Shown here piece after piece: positions 17,530-26,244 of a DNA stretch of 41,629 nucleotides. Numbering within the stretch: the stretch's first letter is position 1; every line of letters begins with the position of its first letter. Position numbers and translations under genes: made by a program. The notes under the pieces are model-generated. The model had not been told where the DNA came from. It saw only the letters and a list, made by a program, of their open reading frames with translations, and did no database searches. This DNA is from Candidatus Hermodarchaeota archaeon (GTDB taxonomy: Archaea > Asgardarchaeota > Lokiarchaeia > Sigyniarchaeales > SOKP01). Where the stretch lies: positions 1-41,629 of the forward strand of contig JBHLLO010000024.1 of the NCBI GenBank assembly GCA_048885535.1. Direction: 5' to 3'.

Positions 17530-19101
17530 ATGAGAAATACCTCAATCAAAAGCAATAATAATGGAAAACTACATAAGAATAATTTCAAATTAGTATTAGG
17601 TCTAATATTGTCAATTATTTTTTTATATGGTATAAATTGTAATCCTAATAAAATGTTGACCCTTGTTGAGCATAAGAACTTCAAGACTTCAGGTATTTGG
17701 GCAACATTAGATTTGATTGATATGTTTGGAGTTAATAATTCTCGACATCCTCATAACTCTACAATCCAAATCTATGGAAGATTATATAATAGAATAACAG
17801 ATGAGGGAAAAGTAGGATTTACTGTTGCTCTAAAGATTAATAGTATACTATATTCAAGTATTAATGATGACACAGATATTAATGGATATTTCTTAATTAA
17901 TTATAATGTAGATCCTTCTCTTGATGTTTATTCAAGCCATGTAATAGAAGCAGAAGTCATTGATGCAACCCCAGATAATGTCGAATATCGCACTCATTTA
18001 TTGATATTCGTAAATACTACTTCTTATTTTACTGTTCAAGACCCTCCATCTGCATCCTTACATGGCGAATTTTTTAATTTTGAAGGATATTTGAACTTTC
18101 AGAACGGTATTGGAATTCCTAATAGACTTATCAACTATTATTGGTATGATGGTCCAAATATTGTAGATTCCAACTTTCTTTTTACAGATAGTTCCGGTAA
18201 AATACCTTATAATTATATAATCATTCCTTTTGTTCCACAAGATGATTTAGTTTTAAAATTAAACTTTTCTGATTATCCGAATGTCGCGTATTCGGAAACC
18301 TTAATTAGTAATACGAAAATTTTTTCAGATATATCATGTATTTGGAATTTGCCTTCGACTATTAGGGAAAATAATGATTTAAATATCGCTGGAACCTTAG
18401 TATCAAGTACAGATTCAAATCTTAAAATTAGCAATAGAGATGTAGAAATATATTATAACTCAACTTTCATAGGGATGGATACCACAGATAATAATGGAGT
18501 TTTTTCATTTGTATATAGACTTCCAGTTGGAGTTGGAGTTAGTAGTATAAGGATTGTTTTAGGTGGGACTGGAGTAGATACAATTCGATATATTGATGTA
18601 GAAGCAGAAGTACCAAGTACACCAGCACCTCCAGGTGGAACACCTTATTTGATGTTTTTAGCAATATTTTTACCAATCTTAGGCAGTATCATTCTTGGAC
18701 TTGCAATCTTTGGCTATCGTTATTATAAAAAACAAGATAAACTTTCAAGGGTTGTAAGTTTACCTCTTGAAAGTAAAATAAAAAATCTAAAAATTCTTAA
18801 AGATTCTGGGAGGTTAGAGGAATCTTTATCGTACCTTTTTAATGCAATTTATATGGATCTGGTAAATGCTAAATATGGGAGATCAAGACTAATAAATGAA
18901 ACTATCAGGGATTTTGCAATAGTTAGTGTAAAAGATCTAAAGCTAAACCCTACAAGTATTTACCCCTTTATTCAAAAAATTGAAGAAATAATATATGCTA
19001 AACCATTTCAGATAAGTGAAAATGACTTTTATAAAACAGTGGAGCTATTTTCTCCAATTTACTTACAATTAACGGGATATAATTTTATTTTAAATTTTTA
19101 A
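17530..19101 (+). CDS. Single-pass membrane protein: signal/TM, Ig-like ectodomain, Pro-rich linker, TM, cytoplasmic DUF4129-like domain
   Basis: N-terminal hydrophobic segment; TDxNGxF-type beta repeats; PSTPAPPGGTP linker; TM followed by RYYKK; C-terminal ETIRDFA...IEEIIYA resembles DUF4129 (ETxREF...FEEARY). Confidence 0.75.
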   Translation: MRNTSIKSNNNGKLHKNNFKLVLGLILSIIFLYGINCNPNKMLTLVEHKNFKTSGIWATLDLIDMFGVNNSRHPHNSTIQIYGRLYNRITDEGKVGFTVALKINSILYSSINDDTDINGYFLINYNVDPSLDVYSSHVIEAEVIDATPDNVEYRTHLLIFVNTTSYFTVQDPPSASLHGEFFNFEGYLNFQNGIGIPNRLINYYWYDGPNIVDSNFLFTDSSGKIPYNYIIIPFVPQDDLVLKLNFSDYPNVAYSETLISNTKIFSDISCIWNLPSTIRENNDLNIAGTLVSSTDSNLKISNRDVEIYYNSTFIGMDTTDNNGVFSFVYRLPVGVGVSSIRIVLGGTGVDTIRYIDVEAEVPSTPAPPGGTPYLMFLAIFLPILGSIILGLAIFGYRYYKKQDKLSRVVSLPLESKIKNLKILKDSGRLEESLSYLFNAIYMDLVNAKYGRSRLINETIRDFAIVSVKDLKLNPTSIYPFIQKIEEIIYAKPFQISENDFYKTVELFSPIYLQLTGYNFILNF

Positions 19102-19206
19102 ATAGATATTAAAAAAATAATGAAAATTGATTAAAAATAATTAGAAAAAAATAAAAACTCGTAAAAAATAATTTATTAAAAAAAGAAATAAGGAAAGGGT
19201 ATTAGT

Positions 19207-19587
19207 ATGGTAAAAGTAAAGAAAAAGAAAAAACAACAAGAACCAGAGTTGGATGTATCACAAAGTTTTGAAAATGTAAAGGTATTGGTCCAATCAGAAA
19301 GATCTAAAGAGGCTATAGCGTATATCTATCTTGTTTATAATGATCTAGTTAGAAAGAAATATAAGAAAGCTAGATTAGCTCACCAAACAATTCGGGAATA
19401 TGCGATTACATGTGTTAATGAATTAGGTCAAAAACCTGAATCTGTGTATCCATTTATAAGAAAGATCGAAGATATAATATATGGAGGAGTGGAACCAACA
19501 AATAAAGAATTGAACTTCACAATAGATCTATTTTCAAATCTTTACAACGAGATTACCGGAAAGAAATTACATGCAGTAAGTTTTTAG
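19207..19587 (+). CDS. Stand-alone DUF4129-like protein
   Basis: EAIAYIY...QTIREYA...IEDIIYG; visibly paralogous to the C-terminal domain of the upstream gene. Confidence 0.75.
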   Translation: MVKVKKKKKQQEPELDVSQSFENVKVLVQSERSKEAIAYIYLVYNDLVRKKYKKARLAHQTIREYAITCVNELGQKPESVYPFIRKIEDIIYGGVEPTNKELNFTIDLFSNLYNEITGKKLHAVSF

Positions 19588-19634
19588 TTCTTTTAAAAGC
19601 TAAGAAAATACACTCTATAATAAGTTTATAAAAA

Positions 19635-21398
19635 ATGGTTGTTAGTGGAAAAAGTAAAGGAAAAAATGTAAATTTATCAAAGGGAATATTATTTGTATTC
19701 TTTACCATATTTCTAGTTTTTTATGGTATATTTATTTCAGATTTTATAGACATCTTTAATGAAAATCATCCTGGAGAGACACTTCCATCTTACTTAAGCT
19801 ATGTTCCTTTTGTCTGTTATGTTGGAGCAGTCTTTTTAGGTGTAGGTTTTATTATTTTTCTTAGGAATATAACTGCTCAAAAATCAAGAGAAATCCTTTC
19901 CCGTAAAAAAGTGCAAACAGGTTCTATATATAAAGAAGCTTTATTACTAACAATCTTTATTTTTGCTTTTATCCCTTTAATTGGACCTATTTTCGATCGA
20001 GGAGAGAATGATCACAATTTTTCAATATATAATGATGATTGGAATGGTGCTTCAGATTTTAGATACACCCTTGAGAATGAAGGTTATGATGTAATGGCAA
20101 TACAAACTAGCTTAAGCGCAACTGAACGCCTTAATAAACTAAATAAGTCAATATTACTTATATTATTGGGTACGAATCAGTTTTATAACCCCCTTAATGA
20201 AATTCCATACTTTATAAATTTCTTTAGAAGTAATGTAACAAATTCTCTTTTTATATGCCATGATCACGGCAGTACAAGTACTTTACTATGGGAAATATTC
20301 ATTGCTAGTGCTCTAGATCCAGATATTCAAGGTGCTCTTCCTGTTACAATATTTCCAAAAGGTATCTTAAGAGATAATGGATCATATGAGTTACGACCTG
20401 ATTTTCCAGTAATCGAATCTTTTCCAGGACACCCAACTACTGCAGGTTTAAATCCACCAACTTCAAATATTAATAGAATAATTCTTTCTGAAGCCTCCGC
20501 TGTTGTTGGAGGTCCATTTGTAAGCTATTTTGGATGGGATATAGTCGGTTCTACTACCGATTACTCATATGTTGATGTAAATGGAGATCATATGTATAAA
20601 GAGGAGGATGATTATGTGGATTTGAGTATGGTATCTGCTGTAATACCTGTTTTTCCTGATCGATTGGGATTAAGTAGAGCACAAACAGTGTTTGTGGCAA
20701 AAGACACTGGTATCGGACGAATCTTTTTATCGGCAGATGCCAGTTTATTCAATAATGAATTAATAAATCAACCAGGTTTTGATAACCGTCAATTTGGGAT
20801 TAATATCATTAATTGGCTGACATATAATCTTCCCAAAGAAGATTGGGTCATCGCTTTTGATGAGGCCCATATTCGACCAGAATATTCTAGAGATCTTACT
20901 TCTGCAGGAATATTTGGCTTTATTATACAATATATAATACACCTTTCAACAAATCCAATAACAGCATGGATATATCCTCTTCTAGCAGTTTATAGCCTAA
21001 AGAAATATTTACCCAAAAAAGATGAGAAATCTCAAAAAAAGAAAGCTAAAAAACAAGAACAAAAGGAAGAACGAGAAAGATTTAGAACTTCTTCCTATTT
21101 TGCTCAAAAAATAGAGTGGTTCAGGAATAAGAGTGAATACAGTAAAGCCTTAAAATTACTTTACAGAAGGTTAGAACGTAAATTAAATGCTCAATTGCAA
21201 GGTCAAGTAATTTCAACTAAAAATGTTGTCGATTTAGCTATAGCTAAAGAACCACTTATATCAAAAGTAAAAATAAAAAGAATTTCAAAATTCATAGATA
21301 GAATGTTATCTGTTAAAGAAGGAAAATCTAAAGTGAAAAATGAACAAGATTTTGAAAACCTATTCTTCGAGATGGAATGGGTTGTTAATAATATATAA
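19635..21398 (+). CDS. DUF4350 (GIFT/GldG-like) domain membrane protein
   Basis: Three N-terminal TMs; FSIYNDDWNGASDF, GRIFLSADASLFNNELI, DNRQF..N.INWL and FDEAH motifs typical of DUF4350; further TM and charged helical tail. Confidence 0.75.
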   Translation: MVVSGKSKGKNVNLSKGILFVFFTIFLVFYGIFISDFIDIFNENHPGETLPSYLSYVPFVCYVGAVFLGVGFIIFLRNITAQKSREILSRKKVQTGSIYKEALLLTIFIFAFIPLIGPIFDRGENDHNFSIYNDDWNGASDFRYTLENEGYDVMAIQTSLSATERLNKLNKSILLILLGTNQFYNPLNEIPYFINFFRSNVTNSLFICHDHGSTSTLLWEIFIASALDPDIQGALPVTIFPKGILRDNGSYELRPDFPVIESFPGHPTTAGLNPPTSNINRIILSEASAVVGGPFVSYFGWDIVGSTTDYSYVDVNGDHMYKEEDDYVDLSMVSAVIPVFPDRLGLSRAQTVFVAKDTGIGRIFLSADASLFNNELINQPGFDNRQFGINIINWLTYNLPKEDWVIAFDEAHIRPEYSRDLTSAGIFGFIIQYIIHLSTNPITAWIYPLLAVYSLKKYLPKKDEKSQKKKAKKQEQKEERERFRTSSYFAQKIEWFRNKSEYSKALKLLYRRLERKLNAQLQGQVISTKNVVDLAIAKEPLISKVKIKRISKFIDRMLSVKEGKSKVKNEQDFENLFFEMEWVVNNI

Positions 21399-21449
21399 CT
21401 TAAATAAGTTATCATGATAACCAATTAAATTAATAAAAAAATCAAAAAT

Positions 21450-22451
21450 GTGAAAAAAATGGAAGTCCCAGAAAAAGGCCCAGATAAAGCAAAATATTAT
21501 GAGAGAGAGGAACTCGATGTAACTCCTATCCGCGAGATGGCTCAAGAAGTTCTAAGCGAAGTCTCTCGTGTAATTGTGGGTTATGGAGAAATATTACAAC
21601 AACTCTTTATAGCACTTCTTGTAAATGGCCATGTACTCTTAGAAGGGGTACCCGGTCTTGGGAAAACAGTAATGGCAAAAACATTCGCTAAGACATTAGG
21701 AATCTCATTTAGACGAGTACAATTTACTCCCGATCTTCTTCCAGCGGACATTACAGGTACAAAAATATTTTCTCAAGAAGAAGGAAGTTTTGTGCTTCAA
21801 AAAGGTCCAATTTTCGCTAATGTTGTACTTGCAGATGAAATAAATAGAAGTGCACCAAAAACTCAAGCTGCTCTATTAGAAGCTATGGCAGAACGACAAG
21901 TAACAATAGAAGGTCAGACCTTACTATTAGATACACCATTTATTGTCCTTGCTACTGAGAACCCTATAGAAATGGAAGGAACTTACCCACTCCCTGAAGC
22001 TCAATTAGATAGATTTCTGATGAAATTATGGCTTGATTATCCAGAAGAGGATGGAGAAGTAGAAATAATGAGAAGACAAATTTCTGGAGAATCCCCTTCA
22101 GTTGAACAGATTACTAGTGCACAAGAAATACTTGCTGCTCAAAAACTGATGAATTTAGTTTATATTGATGATAGAATATTAAAATATATCAGAGATATAA
22201 TATTAAAAACACGCAATCACCCACAATTAAGTATGGGCGCTGGTCCAAGAGCAAGTTTAGTATTAATGAAATGTGCTAAAGCACGAGCATCAATTTTAGG
22301 ACGTCAATATGTTACTCCTGATGATGTAAGAGCTTTGGTGTTCCCTGCATTGAATCATCGAATACTATTAAAACCTGAAGCGGAATTAGAAGGTCTAGAT
22401 GTTAAATCGGTCATCAAAAATATTATAGAGGAAATACCAATTCCAATCTAA
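21450..22451 (+). CDS. moxR: MoxR-family AAA+ ATPase (MoxR proper subfamily)
   Basis: GHVLLEGVPGLGKT, RVQFTPDLLPADITG, LADEINR, ATENPIEMEGTYPLPEAQLDRF, GAGPRA. Confidence 0.97.
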   Translation: MKKMEVPEKGPDKAKYYEREELDVTPIREMAQEVLSEVSRVIVGYGEILQQLFIALLVNGHVLLEGVPGLGKTVMAKTFAKTLGISFRRVQFTPDLLPADITGTKIFSQEEGSFVLQKGPIFANVVLADEINRSAPKTQAALLEAMAERQVTIEGQTLLLDTPFIVLATENPIEMEGTYPLPEAQLDRFLMKLWLDYPEEDGEVEIMRRQISGESPSVEQITSAQEILAAQKLMNLVYIDDRILKYIRDIILKTRNHPQLSMGAGPRASLVLMKCAKARASILGRQYVTPDDVRALVFPALNHRILLKPEAELEGLDVKSVIKNIIEEIPIPI

Positions 22452-22527
22452 AAAAGCCTCTCTATGAATAAAACAATTATAAAAAATTTTGTATAAGAAA
22501 AATAACTAAAAGGATGGTGAAATAACA

Positions 22528-23856
22528 ATTTTTGGAGGAAAAGGAAGAACTCTGATTCTATTTTCAGTTTTTTTTCTTACAGCAGGATTTGCATTTGTAA
22601 ATTATTTCTTAGTGTATTTTGCCATACTTTTATTATTTAGTACTATAATTAGTCTTCCTGCTTTTTATTGGAAGATGAATGTGGAGGAATTACGTGTATA
22701 TCGTGAATTAGAAAAGGAAAAAGTTTTCAAAGATGACTTTGTACATATAAAAGTAGTTGTTGAAAACACAGGAAAAAATAGCTTTGATTTTATTGAAATT
22801 CGAGATTATTTTAGTCCAGAACTCTTTCGGCTAGTATTAGGTGAAAATTTTATTTCTACCCGCATTGGTCCAAAAGGTTTAATCAAGTTCTCTTATGTTT
22901 TAGAACCAAAAGTAAGAGGGGAGTATCCTCTTGGGCCTCTCTCAATCATAATAAAAGATAGGCTTGGTTTTAATTCAGAAGAGAGAATAGTTCCTAATAG
23001 CGTTTCAGACATTTTAGTTTATCCCCCTTACGAAGATATCAAAAAGATTGAAATTTTAGGTTCAAAGAGATCTCTTCAAATCAATTATGGGTTGGAAAGA
23101 TCTAAGCAAAAAGGATTAGGTTCAGAATTCTATGGTATGAGGAAATACGTATTTGGAGATCAATTCAGGTTGATAGATTGGAAGGCAAGTGCTCGTTCTC
23201 AACAATTGATAGTAAAGGAATTTGAGAGCGAAAGAGACATTACAGTAATGGTTATTGTTGACTCCTCAAATTCTATGGCGGGTGGTGCTATTGAAAACAC
23301 AAAGTTTGAATATGCCATACGAGCTTGTATGCTTTTAACAAAAGTTGCATTAACACGTCGAGATAGCATTGGTATATTTACTTTTTCAGATAAAAAGAAT
23401 ATGAACTTTTTAAAGCCAGGAAAAGGAGAGGATCATTTTTATCAAGTCTTAGATTTTGTTGCTAAAATTAAACCTCAAGGAAAAAGTCGAATGGTTGAAG
23501 CTATGGACTTTTTTATAAGAAGATTTCAAAAGCGAAGTTTAGTCTTTTTTATATCAGATTTAGAATCAGATGTTAAAGAAATTGGTCAAGCATTGAGGAA
23601 GCTAATTCCTTTTAATCATACAGTAATAGTTGTTAATCCTTTTAGTCCTTGGTTCGAAATTCATGAAATTGATTTATCTTCTACTGATAAAGCTCTAGCA
23701 GAAGCCATAAGTGAGGAGATGATGGAGCACATTCTTAAGGTAAAACAAGATCTTCGAAACCTTGGAATTAATCTTATAACAGTAGGTCCTGATGATATGA
23801 TGAATCAAGTATTAGGTAATTATATGGAGGCAAAGAAAAAAGGGAAGGCGTTTTAA
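22528..23856 (+). CDS. DUF58 / VWA-domain protein with N-terminal TM hairpin
   Basis: EFYGMRKYVFGDQFRLIDWKASAR, VKEFE, MIDAS-like DSSNS, ISD. Frame is open upstream of the ORF-track GTG 22612 back to stop 22507-22509; start placed at ATT 22528. Confidence 0.9.
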   Translation: MFGGKGRTLILFSVFFLTAGFAFVNYFLVYFAILLLFSTIISLPAFYWKMNVEELRVYRELEKEKVFKDDFVHIKVVVENTGKNSFDFIEIRDYFSPELFRLVLGENFISTRIGPKGLIKFSYVLEPKVRGEYPLGPLSIIIKDRLGFNSEERIVPNSVSDILVYPPYEDIKKIEILGSKRSLQINYGLERSKQKGLGSEFYGMRKYVFGDQFRLIDWKASARSQQLIVKEFESERDITVMVIVDSSNSMAGGAIENTKFEYAIRACMLLTKVALTRRDSIGIFTFSDKKNMNFLKPGKGEDHFYQVLDFVAKIKPQGKSRMVEAMDFFIRRFQKRSLVFFISDLESDVKEIGQALRKLIPFNHTVIVVNPFSPWFEIHEIDLSSTDKALAEAISEEMMEHILKVKQDLRNLGINLITVGPDDMMNQVLGNYMEAKKKGKAF

Positions 23857-23858
23857 TT

Positions 23859-25301
23859 ATGGCAAGATCCTATTTATTAGCATTAAAGATAATTAATGTT
23901 CTACTATATGTGTGGTTATTGTTCGTTTTCCTTTCAATTTTTCAATTTAATGAAGTACTTTTTACTCCTGATGGAGAATTTGCTTTACTAGCATTTTTGG
24001 ATAGTTTAAAAAATATTTTTACATTTTTCATTTTTGGTGTTGCTTATTTCATTGCAATAGGATGTGCCTTTTTTGCCTCATCTATTTTCTTTGTGAATCG
24101 TAATTTCATGTTTGCCTTCATTAATGAGTTTTTTAAGAACTTTTTAAGTCTTTGGTTCACATTCCCTACTGGAACTCCACCAAGTATCGATCAAATCCCA
24201 AATTTAATTCTAAATGAAATTTCAATATTTCTTGGAGATTTTTATTTAATTTCATTTCAATTATTATTTATAATATCAATTATATATGCAATTAGGACGT
24301 TCTTTAAAACAAACCCGAAACATGATTTATTAGCTGTAGGTGCACTAGTGCTAATGATTGTAGTACCACTTATTTTAACTGGCTACAAAAATATGTTGGA
24401 TTTATTCCATGTCTCAAGTAGTTATTTAGAAGACTTGCCAATACCATTAACCGATTCTCTTAGCAATATTCCATTAGAGAATTTCTTTCTTTTTCTAGCA
24501 AGTCCTGTTATACTACTCGCAATTATTTCTTACATGTATATAGAATTAGCTTTTCAAATTAACTATACTGAAACAGTAACTAAGCCTTCTTTAGAAAGGA
24601 GCAGTAGATTGGAAACTCAACTAAATATACTTCAAAGTGAATCACATTTTATTATAGCTAATGTTGATAAAATCAAAGAAGAAGCTAAAAAAAGAATAGA
24701 AGAAATAGAAATGGGAGAAAAAACAACGCTCAGTAAGTTTTTTGCTAAAACAAGTGAAAAGTTTTCTTACGTCAAAGAAATGATTGAAAAGAAAAAGTTA
24801 GAAGAAGAAGAGAAAAAGTTAATATCTGCTGCATCAAAAACAAGACGATTAGGAAGATATGTGGAAAGACTGTTTCGTGAAGATTCTGAAGCACAAGACA
24901 CTTTAACAGCTAGATCATCGGCCCCAAAGCCAAAGAGTTTAGCAATATCCACTTTTATAAATGTCATTATTCGTCTTGTGGTACTTATTATAATCAGTTT
25001 TATCATTATTCATCCACGATGGTTCTTGGAAGATGTTTTCAGTTTACCACCAGCTATCACAGAGAGTGTAGCTATATATTCTCCAGAAGTTATTATTATT
25101 TTATTATTGCCAATCATGTTAATTTTTCCAATAATTTCTAAGGTTGTATCATATATAAAACATAGAAATTTGATTATTAAGCTGCAACAAGAAGGAAGAA
25201 TCAAAGAAATTTTAACATCTGTTGGTGATTATGTCAAAAAGGAAGAAATTAAAGATGAAAAACTTAAAGAAGACATAAAAGTAGAAGGAGCGGTAACTTA
25301 A
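23859..25301 (+). CDS. Polytopic membrane protein with central charged coiled-coil region; last gene of MoxR operon
   Basis: Starts 2 nt after DUF58 stop; ~5 N-terminal TMs, ~125-aa E/K-rich helical loop, 2 C-terminal TMs. Confidence 0.75.
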   Translation: MARSYLLALKIINVLLYVWLLFVFLSIFQFNEVLFTPDGEFALLAFLDSLKNIFTFFIFGVAYFIAIGCAFFASSIFFVNRNFMFAFINEFFKNFLSLWFTFPTGTPPSIDQIPNLILNEISIFLGDFYLISFQLLFIISIIYAIRTFFKTNPKHDLLAVGALVLMIVVPLILTGYKNMLDLFHVSSSYLEDLPIPLTDSLSNIPLENFFLFLASPVILLAIISYMYIELAFQINYTETVTKPSLERSSRLETQLNILQSESHFIIANVDKIKEEAKKRIEEIEMGEKTTLSKFFAKTSEKFSYVKEMIEKKKLEEEEKKLISAASKTRRLGRYVERLFREDSEAQDTLTARSSAPKPKSLAISTFINVIIRLVVLIIISFIIIHPRWFLEDVFSLPPAITESVAIYSPEVIIILLLPIMLIFPIISKVVSYIKHRNLIIKLQQEGRIKEILTSVGDYVKKEEIKDEKLKEDIKVEGAVT

Positions 25302-26233
25302 CAACTTAAACTGATGACGAATTTAGCTAGTTTCTTTTTTTTTTCCAAATTCTCCATTATTGTATCAAAACAATAAGTTTGTATGCCTAAATCTACAATT
25401 TTTCTTTTTAATTTATAATCCTTATTATCAATTATAAAGTGTCCTATAAAATCTCTGTAATATTTTGCTACTCCCACGCATGAAACTTCTAAACCTAGGT
25501 AATTCATTAATTTATCTGCTGGACCTTTAATGGTTGCCCCTTCTATAATAGGAGATATAGCGAATATCTTATCTTTTTCTTTTCTTAATGCATCTCTCAT
25601 TCCTTTAACTTGAAGAATTGTCCCAATTGATACTATGGGATTTGATGGGCAGATAATTATTTTTTCTGCTTTCTTAATATATTTTAATACTTCTTCTATT
25701 GGTTTTGCTTTTTCAATTCCTTTGAATATTATCCCTGTAATTTTGGGTTCGCAATTATACTTTATATAATATTCCTCAAAATGCATTGAACTAGTTCCTG
25801 AAACAATAATTGTTTGAACGTCTTCATTACACATAGGGAATAACTGAGCTTTGACATTTAATTTCTTACATATAATCGAGGTAATTTCTGTCTTATTAAA
25901 TCCTTGCTTAAATAAATCTGTTCGAAATATATGAGTAGCTAAATCCTTATCTCCAAGGTTAAACCATTTACTATGATAATATTTTTTTAAAATATCTAAA
26001 CAGGTAAAAGTTTCACCTTTGAAGCCCCATCCTTTTTCTTTATCTACTATATCTGCTAAAGTATAAGTAATAATGTCTATATCTGGACTAATATTCAAAC
26101 CAAACAATTTGATATCATCAGCAGTATTTATGACAATTTTAAGTTTTTCCTGATCTATAACATGTGCTAATCCATCAACAAATTTTGCTGCTCCAACTCC
26201 ACCAGCTAATATTAAATAATTATCATCTGTCAT
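25298..26233 (-). CDS. cofD: 2-phospho-L-lactate/phosphoenolpyruvate transferase (F420 biosynthesis, CofD/FbiA)
   Basis: GGVGAAKF, NTADD, ISPDID, WFNLGDKDLATH, HFEEY, PSNPIVSI, KGPADK. Confidence 0.95.
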   Translation of the reverse strand: MTDDNYLILAGGVGAAKFVDGLAHVIDQEKLKIVINTADDIKLFGLNISPDIDIITYTLADIVDKEKGWGFKGETFTCLDILKKYYHSKWFNLGDKDLATHIFRTDLFKQGFNKTEITSIICKKLNVKAQLFPMCNEDVQTIIVSGTSSMHFEEYYIKYNCEPKITGIIFKGIEKAKPIEEVLKYIKKAEKIIICPSNPIVSIGTILQVKGMRDALRKEKDKIFAISPIIEGATIKGPADKLMNYLGLEVSCVGVAKYYRDFIGHFIIDNKDYKLKRKIVDLGIQTYCFDTIMENLEKKKKLAKFVISLSC

Positions 26234-26244
26234 ATTTAGAGAAT

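Noticed and set aside
17505-17535. Single giant gene split by a sequencing error between the 1484-aa and 523-aa ORFs
   Set aside because: Although in the same frame, the second ORF begins with its own basic-plus-hydrophobic signal-like segment, which supports two genes.
22514-22612. Frameshift or pseudogene at the DUF58 5' end (out-of-frame ATG 22514)
   Set aside because: That ATG reads ATG GTG AAA TAA and overlaps the GGTGA SD. The main frame is uninterrupted, so an ATT start is simpler, though a 1-nt sequencing error cannot be excluded.
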